Part shown: piece by piece, positions 16,601-29,332 of the stretch
How positions within the stretch are numbered: the first letter of the stretch is position 1
How the letters are laid out: each line of letters starts with the position of its first letter
Assembly (NCBI RefSeq): GCF_009914755.1
Contig: NC_060942.1
DNA from: the human T2T-CHM13v2.0 reference genome, Homo sapiens
Length of the DNA stretch: 64,000 nucleotides
Reading direction: 5' to 3' (one strand)
Translations under genes and position numbers: made by a program
The notes under the pieces: generated by a model
What the model saw: only the letters and a program-made list of their open reading frames with translations
Databases searched by the model: none
What the model was told of the DNA's origin: nothing

Positions 16601-17989
16601 CCTGTTCTCGTTACAGGGATATAAATTGAACTCAAAGTAAAGTTGGAGAAATGCTGTCACTTAACATGCTTTAGCCAGCAAATCATTGCAACACAGACAC
16701 TTCACAATGGTTTTTATGTATTATGATATAGAGATGGGTTCTCTAGCCACTTGTGAAAGGCTTCAGTGTGCTAATAGATTTGTTCCCTGTCTCTTTAAAA
16801 ATTTTGTTGAAGTGCTGGTCAGGGCTAACTTTGGCTTTTGATAGTCTTTAGTACGTGCTTCAGAACAGGCCTAAGAGAAAGCAGGGAAAAATAGATTGAC
16901 TTGGTTGTTTAATAATGTTTGACCAATTCTTAATGTTGTTAAAGGCCAGCTATGCATCCAGCTATAAACTACACTATGTAAAGCCATGAAAAATACAGTT
17001 TCCTATCATTAGTGTCTTTCCTTCATCAGTTTTCATTTTTCAATTTTGCTCTTCCTATTCAACCACAAAATTACATTTCTGTTAATTCTCACCAGAGTAT
17101 ACAATCTGCATTTTTTCTCTTTTCTTTTTCCAAAGTTTATCTGGTCAAAGGGTGATTGATGGAGTGGGTGGGGTTGTCTTAGCAACAAGCCTATGCAACA
17201 GTAAGTAGAAATCCCTATGAACTCTGGAGCAAAGGGTTTTTATGGTTCAGAATATAAATTACATTTTAAAACACATTTTGATCTCTTCCTCTAACTATTA
17301 GAAAAGAAGAAATAATCTATATAGTAGTTCCATGTTTAAATAACTTCTTTTCTAGCTAGCAGAGTGGAGAAAGCTTAAAAACAATACCTGATGAGACGGA
17401 TCATGCTAAAAGCCTCAATTTACTCCAAAGGGTCCCAAAACAACTTAAAATGTGGATGCATCAAGAGGCAAGTGAGGGTGGCTGAGGCTTGGATTTCAAA
17501 TCTAAGTGAGGGTAGGCTGTCTACAGTGAAGATGAAGCGTCAGATCACCGTCTCATTAAGCAAGCAGCCTAATGGCGCTCTTTCTTCCACCCCCGAAGGT
17601 GGCAGATGTCTATTCTCTGGGGAAGTTAAACTCAAGATACTTAGAGGGTAGGGCTGAGGTTGATTGAAGATGCTGGGATTCGGAGAAAATAGGCACATGA
17701 ATCATGAGACTCTCAAACCCATTCCTCCAAGAACCGGGGCCATCAGGACTATGTATGCCCTTTCAGTCACCAAAGCAAAAACGTGGAAGATTATTTTCTG
17801 GAAAGACTGCTCTAGAGAAAGATATTTCTTACTTCTGACATTTGGAGTTGCCTAAGGAGAGAAGTGACTCTGTTAGATCACTTTACAATGCTGTTTATCA
17901 ACTGGAAAGTCCTGGCCCTGCACCTGGATCTCCCATGGAGTCTTTAATTCAAAGGAGCATTTGAAGGCAAGGGTCACAAGCTATTTCAA

Positions 17990-18580
17990 CAAGTCTCTAA
18001 AATCAGGGCCAAAGCCCAAAATAAACAGGAAAAGAATTATTTAGAGCAAGAAGATAAATAGCCCAAAGCAAGCTTTATGAAAACTATTATTAACAAGCAT
18101 AATTTGAAAGAATAGCACATCTTTGAAATGAGAATATATGTGATTTAAAAAAAAACTCATGGGAATTAAAATGATGAAGCCAAAATTTTAAAAATTTTAA
18201 TAGAAGGCATTAGAATATTTTCAATATAATTCTCCTGAAATTAGAACAAAAACACAATGAAAGGGTTGATAGAAAGAAAAAGATAAAAATAAATTAAATA
18301 TTTCTTAGAAGGTATAGAAACTTCATAATGGGAGTTCCATAAAGAGAGAATGGGAAGAAATGGAGATAATGCAGTTTTTGAATAAAGTAATAAACTATTC
18401 CATAATGAAAGAAGAGCAGTTTTCAAATTTAAATGGTCCATTTTTTGTTGAAATCAATGAATGCAATAAGATACCCATCAAACCACTTTATTCTGAGACT
18501 TTAGAATTAGAAAAGAACAGATTTTAAAATCTCCCAGAAAGAAAAGACAGCATACAGTTAAACAAATGGAAATAAGAACA
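17990..18580 (+). mobile_element. Ancient L1M/HAL1 ORF1-like remnant
   Basis: A-rich, with degenerate ORF1 motifs (cccatcaaaccactttattctgagacttt...cagattttaaaatctcccagaaagaaaagacag). Confidence 0.45.
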
Positions 18581-18624
18581 GTACATAGCAATATACTGTA
18601 GTTAAATCTGGAGAAAAACTGCAA

Positions 18625-18800
18625 GGAATTAAAACTGAGGACCAGGGTCTAGTCCTAGTCAGATTCCTAACCTCTCTATGCTCCTTTTTATTAAATGTAA
18701 TATGCAGATAGTAATACCACCTACCTCACAGTGTTGTTGAAAGAATTAAATGAGAAAATGCACAGCATGAACATTCAATTAAAATTAGCTGTTTTTATAA
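18625..18800 (+). mobile_element. MIR
   Basis: tagtaataccacctacctcacagtgttgttgaaagaattaaatgaga core. Confidence 0.7.
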
Positions 18801-18809
18801 TGATAATAT

Positions 18810-19190
18810 GATTACCATACTTATCAATAAGCATTCCCAACTAGAAAGAATTGTCTTGAAAACATAGTCATATCATCATAATGAAAACGTAGAAAACACT
18901 TAAGTGTCTAATAAGAGTGAAAAGGTTAAAGGAATGATATCAGGGAGGAATATTATGTAGCCAATAAAATCAGCAATATCAAAAAGTATTGAATGATATG
19001 GGAAACTTCTGATATGTTAAATGAAATTTGCAAAAGATGGAATTATACAGTATAAGACAAATGTTTAAAAGCACAGACATTTAGTAAGAAATGGCACTAC
19101 ATTTGTTAATAGTATTTTTCCCTAGGTGTTGGAATTATGGTAGATTTAATTTCTGTATTTTTATAAAACACTAAAGTATTGTTTTTAGAA
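18810..19190 (+). mobile_element. L1ME-like 3' end remnant
   Basis: ggaatattatgtagccaataaaa...atgttaaatgaaa...tgttaatagt...ggaattatggtagattt. Confidence 0.5.
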
Positions 19191-21198
19191 TTAGAACTGG
19201 ATAATAAACATTATTAAATCTGTAGGCGGCAGATAAAGACAGTAAGTTATAAACATGTTTTGTTCTATGTGTTATTATATTCCATGTAACAATCATTGCC
19301 TTATGTTTATTAATTTGCTTATGCCACAAGCAAGACACAAATTTTCATAAAAGATTGATACTTGGGCCACCCACTGCTTGGGCACCTCCAATTGTATTCC
19401 TCCAGGAGAAGAAAGACTGGCTGGTTTTCCACCAGAATAAGCCAGCTCTAGGACTGCTTGAGACAGAACCAAGCCCTCCTCTTTAAGGCAAAGGGGGAAT
19501 TTCTGGAACAGAGAGGGAGATGTGCCCATCCCACTCAGACTCATGGACAATGTGGGCCAGGTAGTATAATATAGTTCAAAGACAAAGCTTTCTATTCTAA
19601 CAATTAACAATTTTCTGGAACTAGCAAAGTCAACTCTCTGGTTATTGTCAAGTCTGTTGAGTCCCTAACTGCCATTAAATAGTTATTTTTAAAACGTGGT
19701 GTTCAAATAGGTTTGGTAAACACCAGGCTTCATTACTACACCACTTCTAGGCATGCTTCGTTTGCTAAAGGGTTTTGTACATTTTTGAGATGGAAATATG
19801 ATTTGCAGATTTTCCAAAATTTAATTGACTCCTGGACCCAAATTTTTGTAATACATTTTTGTTGCACACAAGATATTTAGGAAATTATGGCCTTGGTATT
19901 CCCAGTAGAACTCTAAGCCTAGATTTCCATAAGGAAAAGAGTTTATCCTAAAATTTATCTATCAGCCCTTCTTGAAGTGGCTGGCACTCAGAGCTGCATT
20001 AGAGTAGGTATAGGAATATTAGGCTTGCCCAAGATAAAATTTGGAGAATGAGGGAATGATTGAGTTGGGTGGACTTAGTGTACAGAATTAGCGGCCACCT
20101 CTCAAGAAGTCATCAGACTCTAGCAAAGAAGCCAAAGGGAAGAAACACTCAGGAGGCAAGGCTAACAAGAAGAGAACTGCTAACTGTAGAACTCTTTGGA
20201 ATTGCCCTTGACAAAGGTATTGAAATATCCAGATGAATGGTTCCATTTTCTTTCCTATGGTATCTAATCTGCTAACTGAGATTATGAATTCATTATCTCT
20301 ATGTCTTATACGACTACAGTAGTATTTATTTATTTATTTAAAGAACAGTAAGCTCTTACTAAATGATTAATTAAATCTATTTTCAACTATACTCCTATCT
20401 CATGTTGAAAGAGTACTAAGAATATAATCAAATATATTCTATTCATAAATGGCCTTAATTTCTGCACAATAAATTAAATTCCCATCAATGTGATTTACAT
20501 TTGAAGAGTTTTAAGCTTTAACTAACACATGTAGCTCCTCATGAAAAGTGAAAACTTCTCTCTGACATCTAATTTGAAATATTACCTGGCTATGTTGATA
20601 AACATTCTCTTTGTTTTCAAGCTCTCTCTAGGTAGTATATCTGGGCAGGAAAAGAAAGAGCTCCATTCATTGAAGCTTCCTCTCTTTCACTAAATTTAAT
20701 TGGTTTAGAACCATTGTTTTATCCAAATGCAATGTTAACAAATGGACACGTGTAAGCAATAAAAAAGCAGGGTTTTATTCTGAGATTCAGTTATATTCAG
20801 TAGGACAGTCAATTCTCTCAATTCATATGACTTTATCCAGGAGCTAGTTATTGCAGATGTAGTTATTCCTGAAGGAGAGACAATAACTATATTTAAGGAT
20901 ACCGTATTATCAGAACAGCACGCATGGGCTACATCAGCATGCCAGCGTTGTCCTTCACCTTCTACCCAAGCTCTGTCATATTCTATTCAAAAATGTCACT
21001 CAGGCAACCAGCAGGGGGAGGCTTGGAACATAATATAAACAGCGGCTGATATGAAGTATGATTTAGGATCAAACATTTGGGATACATTTACAGTAGGGAT
21101 ATGTGCAAGAAAAGAGGCGCTCCTTCACACCCAGCCAGGAAGCGTATCAGTTTATCCCGTGGAACTTAGCACAAACTTCTCTCCTAGCTCTGTAGACT

Positions 21199-21217
21199 CG
21201 GCGCCCCCTAGGGGTTA
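21199..21217 (-). promoter_or_regulatory. Predicted CTCF binding site
   Basis: The minus strand reads TAACCCCTAGGGGGCGCCG, matching the CTCF core CCNCNAGRKGGCGC with its CpG retained, in apparently unique sequence. Confidence 0.65.
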
Positions 21218-21584
21218 GTCGCAAATGCAAAGTTGCACATGCATCCCCTTCTGGCCACATCCCCAGCTCCATCAGAAAGAACTACTTCATTCTACAGTGC
21301 AGACCATATACATACATATTCATTCTTACTTTGAAGGATACTGTTTTGGTTCATAAACCACATAGATGCCACTTCTCCTGAATGTATAGCCCCTAAGCCC
21401 AGGCCATGTTGCTTTTAAGAATCAACCTTAGTAATACGTGTTTCCTTTATGTTGGCTGACATATTTGATCGCAAGTTGAGTTCTATATAATGTCAGTGTA
21501 TACCTATAATAGACTCCTAGACCCCTCTTTACAGACAGCCCCTGGACTTTGCTTAGCAAAACAAACTTTGCAATTCACACACAT

Positions 21585-21770
21585 CCAAATTCCAGCACTA
21601 GCACTGACTAATTAGGGGACGTTGAACAAGTTATTTAACCTGAGTCTTATTTTCTCAAATCTTTAAAATATACAGAGTCAATAATCACCTGTTAATGATA
21701 CTATATATTTATAAAAATAAAATTACCTATGTAAAGTCCTAGACACATAATACATATTCAATAAATAGTA
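21585..21770 (+). mobile_element. MIR
   Basis: caaattccagc...ttgaacaagttatttaacctgagtcttattttctc...atgtaaagtcctag...ttcaataaatagta. Confidence 0.65.
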
Positions 21771-22722
21771 ATAATTCGTATTTTAAAGTCTTCGGAAAAA
21801 AAGAACAAAATGCATTAGCAGATCTTTTACACTTCATTAAACATACTATAGTTTTGTAAATAAGGAAATCACCTTTTTGACTTCGCATCCCAAAGTGCCT
21901 GGAAAACTGCATACATATTAGCAATTGAAGGTACTTATAGCGAATGAATGGAACAAATATCAGTGTTTTAGGACCGGGTTGCCTCCTTTCACTCTTCCTT
22001 CCTTGTGGTAGCATTAATGGCAATAGTACCCCTTCTGGGTTCATTGTATTCTTTCAAAAACTGGAGTTTTTAGCAGAACATATGAAGAGATTAAATTCCA
22101 CTCAGAGTTATTACATTGTTTACTCAGTCACCTTCTAATCACCCTGTTGCTATTTTAGAATGGCCTTGACTGCCCTGTCTCATAAATTCAGAAGGGAAAT
22201 TAATCACACATTCTTGCTAGGTGAGATCTTTCCCTGACCCTCTCATCACAGTATTCTGTTTGGCATCTATCATCTTAAACGTATGTATTTCTAGTGGAGG
22301 CAAAAAAAAAAAAAAAATCTTAGACAGTGATAATACTTTGATCAAAAACTGTCAGAAAATTGCTTTACTCCTGAAAGCCACTGTCCTTACCTACTTTCCT
22401 CTCTTCCTTAAAGTGGCAGCCATAAAATTATGCCTTGGAGTTCTCATCAACATGGCATATACAAACGTGGCTGTACATAGTACAGGCCTAGCCGGAAAAT
22501 GGGCTGTTGTCCCGGGTAATGATCCTGGCGTGTACTGTGGAGGCTAACAAGATTTATCCCAACTATTGATAGCTATATTCTTTTGCTCTTTTATACAAAA
22601 ATGGGTGATACTTTTGAAATAAGTAGAGAATTATCTTCAGAACAGGTAGCACCAGTGCTCTTCTCAACATTTGTTATCACTAATGATAGAAGCCTTTGGA
22701 AGAGCAAAGGGTTACTCTGTAT

Positions 22723-22946
22723 AATATTATTTGCCCATTTGAGCTACCTGGAGATATTTATCACTGTAAATTTTCTACAAAGCATAATTAAAGTATCCCT
22801 CAAGAGTTGTATATGTGAAATTAATTATTTAGAACAAGCTGCTACCAGTCTTGGTCACCTGGTAACAGTCTACTGAATGTAAATATCTCATTTTTTACTT
22901 AATACTTTTCCATCTGCCTCACCAATGCCTAGCACTGTGGCTTAGA
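22723..22946 (+). repeat. Local low-copy repeat unit A, copy 1 (224 bp)
   Basis: About 93% identical to 25171-25399 by manual alignment (14 substitutions, 2 indels). A partial inverted copy lies at 26534-26672. Confidence 0.95.
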
Positions 22947-23689
22947 ATTGTGGCCAAGACTACATAAAGATCACATCTTGCATAGAGACGGGTTGTACCT
23001 CTCAATGTCAGGAAAGAATGTGTTTGTCCGGACACCAACAGCCTGTAAGTTTAAACTGAAGGCAAGATAATGAGGGAGAAGAATGTTCAGGATAGCTAGA
23101 ATGGGGAACAGGGAATCACGTGGGAACTGATGGTGAGTGAGAACCAGAGGAGAGAGAAACTGCCTCCAATGCTCAGGTACTGATAAGCAGCACACAAGTA
23201 AGAAGAAAAGCACATTTTACTTTACAATAGAGTTACTGTGAGAGCTATCTATGGGACTATGAGGAGAAGCATCAGGGCTGAAAGGCCATGTCCTACTTAA
23301 GTTGAATGACGCCCATGGTTCAGCACAAAAGACAAGAAAAACAGCAGTATGTAATTGTAGGCATTTACCTAGATGGTGCACAATAGAAAACTACTATAGG
23401 TTGAAAATGTAGGCGTAATGAGAGATTCCAATTGTATTGAATGATTTTAAATGTCAATTCTTTTCATTAAAAACAGTCCATCTGATATCATATGTCACCC
23501 ATCTATCTTACATCCTTAGAAGTTAAAGGAGGCAATTAAAAGAAGTATTGTTCCAGATTTTATCATGACTGACAAAGCCAAATTGCAAGCCTAGTTGTGA
23601 GAAAAGTGAAGAAGCCTTTTTGTAATCCTTTCCCAGGATCAGAAAATCTGGAAATTACCTCAGATTAAATGAAAACCTATTTTTAATTG

Positions 23690-24345
23690 CTCACAGATTT
23701 TTATGAACTTCATTTGGGCTGAAATGCACAGCTCTAGTTCTTTAATTTGGCATACTGTTCTATTGCACTGTATGAGTGCCACGATTTCTTATTTTGCTTC
23801 TTGTTTGACATCTAAGTTTTCTCCAAATATGTGTCTATGTAATGCAGAACATGCCTCCATGTTTACACATGCAAGAGATGCCCTACACTCCAGCAGTAGA
23901 ATTCTTAGATCCTAAGCTGTGTGTATTTGTATTTCTAGAGATTGCTAGATTGTTCTCCATAGCTATGTCCTATCAGGAAAGCATGAGAAGTTTCATTATT
24001 CTATACTGTCATCAACACGTGGTCTGTCTGATGGTTTCAGTTTTACTAATCTAATGGTTTAATCTTTTATTTTACAGATTTCTAATGAGATTGAACATGT
24101 TTATATGTGTTGATTACATATGTTCCCCTGTGTGTGCATCACATGGTCACATCTTTTGCCCATTTTCTCTTGAATAGATTTTGTGTTTCTTATTTGTTTT
24201 GTAGAAATTCTTAATGTATTCCACTTAGTATTCTATTGTTAGCTATATGGGTAACAAATATCTTCTTTCAACATGTGACCTTTTTTAAAATGTAGTCTTT
24301 TTTGTGAATGAACATAATATATTGATAAGCTATCTAACTGTTCAA
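23690..24345 (-). mobile_element. L1ME-like fragment
   Basis: Antisense L1 ORF2 C-terminal signatures (aatgagattgaacatg, cttttgcccattttctc, caaatatcttctt). Confidence 0.7.
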
Positions 24346-24489
24346 TACTATATTTGGAAATCATGGAGAAGTATGTCGTGAGAGTAAAATGAGAGACAAA
24401 AATAAGAGCTAGAAATAATGAGATAATGTTAAAATATTCATTTTTATTGTTATCGTTGCCCTTGTTCATTTGTTTTGTTACAGTATAAT

Positions 24490-24900
24490 TAATTTAGCTA
24501 TTATAAAAATAATGCTGTGTAACTAACTAAATGGCTTACAAAGATGAGCATTCATTCTCACACCTATAGGTCTGCAGCCCAGCTAAGGTTTTGCTAATCT
24601 TGGCTGGGGCTGGCTGATAAACTGCTTCAGTCTGTGGTCCAGTTGGCTTTGGCTCCAGACTGAAGGTTAGGTTCAGATCTGCTACATATCATTTTAGGAT
24701 CAGCAGTTATTTGAAGCACAAACCCATAGAAATGGCAGAAGCCAAGGGGCAAACCGAAATGTTCAAACACATTTTAAAGACTCTGCTCAGATAACTTCCT
24801 ACTCACATTCCTTTAGCCAAAACCAGTCACATGGCTAATTCCAAAGAGGAGTAGGGAATTGTAGTCTGACTCAAAGGGAAAGAAGAGGTAAGTGAATACA
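24490..24900 (-). mobile_element. MLT1 (MaLR) LTR
   Basis: aataatgctgtgtaac...aatggctta...cacattcctttagccaaaaccagtcacatggc, antisense MLT1 motifs. Confidence 0.65.
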
Positions 24901-24958
24901 TATTCACCAGAAAAAAATGCATCATAACTGAACATAGCATACATGTCCCAAAATAGTG

Positions 24959-25153
24959 TTGAAAGAATTCTATTTTAAAAAATCTTTTAAAAGGCATATT
25001 TGGATGGTAATAGAGATGTCCACACTCAATATTAAAGTTTGCCATAATCATTCACAGAAGAGAATGAAGTGAAAAGAGGGAATGTAATTAATGATGTCCA
25101 TTTACAGTGAGGTTGTTAGGATCTTTCTGATAGATATTGTGTGGAAATAGATG
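24959..25153 (+). repeat. Local low-copy repeat unit B, copy 1 (195 bp)
   Basis: Six mismatches and no indels against 28059-28253 (~97%), offset exactly 3100 bp. Confidence 0.95.
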
Positions 25154-25170
25154 GATTTTTCTCCTTTCCC

Positions 25171-25399
25171 AATATTATTTGCCCATTTGAGCTACCTGGA
25201 GATATTTATCACTGTAAATTTTCTTACAAAGCATAATTAAGCTATCCCTCAAGAGTTGTATATGTGAAATTAATTTTTTAGAACAAGCTGCTGCCAGTCT
25301 TCGTCACCTAGTAACAGTCTACTGAATGTAAATATCTCACCCTGTACTTAATACTTTTCCATCTGCCTTGCCAGTGCCTAGCAAGCACTGTGACTTAGA
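25171..25399 (+). repeat. Local low-copy repeat unit A, copy 2
   Basis: Direct repeat of 22723-22946, starting 17 bp after unit B copy 1. Confidence 0.95.
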
Positions 25400-26199
25400 T
25401 GACAGGGTTATCAGGGGATACAAATAGCATGAATCCTGAAGTCATTCTTACTGCCTCTTTGTAGAGCTGTCAATGGCTTTATTTCCTCTGTTCATTTACT
25501 TGGACATTGCTTTAGGATCTCGAGGGCTTTATATTCAGCAAGAGCTGCTCCGATCTAAATGAAATGGCCAAGCTTTGCTTTTACATTAGATTCTACATGT
25601 TTATTTTGGTTTCTAATATTTTAATAAAAATAATATATAAGGTAGAGAAAAACACTAAAAAACACTAAATAAGGATTAAAAAACTAACCCATTTGTATAT
25701 GTGTGTGTATATATTTGTATATATATGTGTATATATGTATGTGTATATAATATTTCATAAATATTGTTGAACACTGTTTTCTTTAAATTTGCTTTCCTTA
25801 TGAATTAATCAGTTGGTTGAAGGCTTTTCAAGTCATCATTGAATTCAAATTTTTTAAAATCTCATCTTTAAGCATTTTATGTAACTTTCTTCAATCAGCA
25901 GCTAGAGAGGAGAGATCTCTCACTTGGTATTATCAGAAAGATCATAACAGCCTCACTGTAAAAGGACATTACTAATTACATTCCTTTTTTTCACTTAGTT
26001 CTATTCTGTAAATGATTATGGCAAGCTTTAATATTGAGTGAGGGCATCTCTATTACTATCCAAATATCACTTTTGAAAGATTTTTAAAAACAGAATTCTT
26101 TCAACAGTATTTTGGGACATGTATGCTGTGTTCAGCTGTGATGCATTTTTTTTCTGATCATATAATGGAGCAAAAACAAATATGATTTTTGTCCATGAG

Positions 26200-27125
26200 A
26201 TACCAGAGTTCTGCAAAGGCTGTATAGAGCTTAGAGATGCACTTCTGTGTGGCAGAGGCTGGGAAGGGCTGTTTGTACAGTGTGCAATGGGAACACAGAA
26301 GAGGGGTACAAGCCAAGGTAAGGGAGAAAGGAGGTTACAAAAGACTGCAAGAAAAGGGAAGCCTGAGCTGGATCTTGAAGGACAAGTTAAAAAATCAAAT
26401 TGCAGGAGAAGGACATTTAAGCAGAAGAAATAAACAAAACAGAGGTACACAGTCAAGAGAAAATATATGGAAGATATTATATACTGAAGCAAAGATAGAA
26501 TGGGAACCGCTGTGAATGCAGGGGTGAAGAAGACAGTAGACTGTTACCAGGACTGGCAGCAGCTTGTTCTAAAAAATTAATTTCACATATACAACTCTTG
26601 AGGGATACTTTAATTATGCTTTTTAAGAAAATTTACAGTAATAAATATCTCCAGGTAGCTCAAGTGGGCAAAATCTAATGGGCACCAGACTTCTTAGAGC
26701 ATAAAATCTAGTGGGCACTAGACATTGAACACAGAGTTGCAATGTGACTAAAATTGTAAAGGAAAATACTGCAGGAGACTTAATCTTGTGTAAAAGGGCA
26801 GATGTGGCACATACTTCGCTGACAAAAAGATTTTAAGCTGATATCTATGATAAATAGAAGTTAATGGAAGAAGGAACAAGTAGAGGCAAGTCAATATAGC
26901 TGTCTGGCCATGAGGAGATTACAGCATCTACAGAGCCCTTAAATAAGAAATAATATGGCACATTGGAGAAGCCTTAATAGGTACAGTATAGCTGATGAGT
27001 ATAGTAAATGGGAAAGCAGCAAATTGAGACTAGAGAGATGGGTAGAAGCCTGATTTTGCAAGACCTTGTGAACAATGATAGATTTTTTGTTTGATTTTTC
27101 CCTAAAAGCAATTGGGTGACAAAAC
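26200..27125 (-). mobile_element. L2 fragments interrupted by the inverted unit-A copy
   Basis: ctgagctggatcttgaaggac..., agagatgggtagaagcctgattttgcaagaccttgtg. Confidence 0.55.
26534..26672 (-). repeat. Local low-copy repeat unit A, copy 3 (inverted, partial)
   Basis: Reverse complement of roughly the first 150 bp of unit A, with an 8-bp internal deletion. Confidence 0.93.
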
Positions 27126-28058
27126 AGAGTCTAGAACAGAGGTACAAACATATAAACACATAAGAGCGCTATATATGTGAGACTCTAAAAATATCTCTAT
27201 TAACATGTAGATATAGACATAGACATAGACATTGATCTAGAAACAGATATGTACTTAGAGCACACAAAAGATAAAATGGACAGATTCATCTTGGTTGGAA
27301 TGGGGGTTGGGTCATTCTAATTTGAGTCTTGAAGGATGAATAGATATCTTACAGGGGTCAAGCAGTTCATTCCTTCCCATTTCAATTTAGCTATTCTCTC
27401 AGTATGCCCGGACAAGATTATTCATCCCCTAACCTATCTTTAGCTGCATACTTCTTTGTAAGTTACTTTACTCTTCACTTGATATTCCTTTTCCCAAAAC
27501 AATGACACAAAATAATGAGCCCATGTTCAGCAAAAGCTGTCAAATTAGCAGCATTGCGAAACAGTAATCAGAGAAAAATAGATTGTGGTGTTCATGCTCT
27601 AGCAACTACTATTCCTCTGTGGAGCTATTAACAAAATCAAGTGATTGGATCAGTATACAATTTTAATGAAGTCAAGAGTGCACAAATGGAAAACTATATG
27701 GGAGTTTTTTTATTTTTTGAGGGGGAGAGATTTACATTTGCTCTTTTTTTTTTTTTTTTCACAAGCACTAGACTTTTTATCCTCTGAGTGCTTGGGGTGA
27801 AGTCATGGAAATCATTGCACTACGATTTTTGGAAGGTGATATTCACCAGTGATCCCACAGAGCAGATCATCTGCAATTATTGTAGATCAGCATCCCTGTT
27901 TTATTTTTATTTTATTTTTAAATAAAAAGGAACAGCTTAGTTAACCAATAAAAAAAACTAATACTAAACTTTCTAGCTATAAATTAGGACAACCCCAGCA
28001 TTTGCTATATGATGTAAGGGATCTGCTTTACCTCACTTTGTTTCAGTTTTCTCACATA

Positions 28059-28253
28059 TTGAAAGAATTCCATTTTAAAAAATCTTTTAAAAGGCATATT
28101 TGGATGGTAATAGGGATGTCCACACTCAATATTAAAGTTTGCCATAATCATTCACAGAAGAGAATGAAGTGAAAAGAGGGAATGTAATTAATAATGTCCA
28201 TTTACAGTGAAGTTGTTAGGATCTTTCTGATAAATATTATGTGGAAATAGATG
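28059..28253 (+). repeat. Local low-copy repeat unit B, copy 2 (probable donor)
   Basis: Direct repeat of 24959-25153, preceded by the 5' half of a MIR whose 3' half lies inside the unit. Confidence 0.95.
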
Positions 28254-28852
28254 AATGAAGGGATGAATGGACAATTAAACATATAATCACTTCTGTCACC
28301 CTGTATTTTCAAAGCTGCTATAAAATACAGATACACTAATTTATAAAACATAAGGGAATACATATTTATTATTCTTTCTTTCTTTTTAAATGCGAGGTTT
28401 TCCTCATCCACCCTAGAATAGTTATTGCTTAACAATGCATCAAGCTAACTTTCGCCATTAAGTAGAAATAGAACCAACAATTGAGTAGCCCAGCAAAGTG
28501 ATTTCTAGGCAACAATCTGTCAGTAAATATTTGTTTGAAACTAACAAGTGGCAGGCATTGTTTCAGGTTCTGGAGATAGTTTAGTAAATGAGACTTGCAA
28601 ATCCTACCTTCATGACATAAGAAAACCAATGTGCAAGCAATAATAATGATAATATAATTAAATTTTAAAAACACATCAAACAAACAAATCAACATGAATT
28701 GACTCTAAAAAATGCCAAAAAAGGAGAAATGAGGAACATAGAAAAAATAATAAGTATAGAAAAGCACAAAAGAAGGCAAAAAGTTAAAAAATACTAATAG
28801 TCACAATAAATGTAAATGCATTAAATTGACAAGTTAGAAGACAGAGATTTTC

Positions 28853-29013
28853 TTTTTTTATATTATGCTTTAATTTCTGGGGTACATGTGCAGAACGTGC
28901 AGTTTTGTTGCATAGGTATACACGTGCCATGGTGGTTTGCTGCACCCATCAACACATCACCTACATTAGGTATTTCTCCTAATGCTGTCCCTTCCCTAGC
29001 CCCCCATCCCCTG
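28853..29013 (-). mobile_element. Severely 5'-truncated L1PA8-like 3' end
   Basis: Antisense L1PA 3'UTR. 17-bp TSD agaagac(a)Ragattttc at 28836-28852 and 29014-29030. Confidence 0.9.
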
Positions 29014-29332
29014 AGAAGACAAAGATTTTCAAATTGAATATTAAAAATCTAGCAACACATAAAAGAGACACAACTAAAATACAAAAAACAGAAAAATTGG
29101 AATTAAAAGCATAAAAAGATACATCTGATAAATATGATGTATATAAGAAAGTATGAGTTGTCACATTGGCACTAAACAGCATAGTCCCTACTAACAAAAA
29201 GCGTAATTAAGGATAGGTAGGGTGACTCTATATGAATAAAAACTTCAGTTAAATAGGAAGCTACCAAAATCCTAAACTTGTATATATCAAACAAAATTAC
29301 CTCAAAATGTGTTAGTGCAACTGAAAGTATGA

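Noticed and set aside
16548-17606. Secondary CTCF-like motifs cttctaggtggcagca (~16548) and cccgaaggtggcag (~17592)
   Set aside because: Both have core mismatches, and the first lies in a MIR. They are much weaker than the 21.2-kb site.
26067-26515. 141-aa and overlapping ORFs
   Set aside because: They lie over an L2 remnant, have low-complexity composition and show no homology I recognise.
22723-26672. Unit A direct/inverted copies as LTRs or TIRs of a novel transposon
   Set aside because: There are no TG…CA termini, TSD, PBS/PPT or internal coding remnant. The enclosed DNA is ordinary, much older L1ME/MLT1/L2 sequence.
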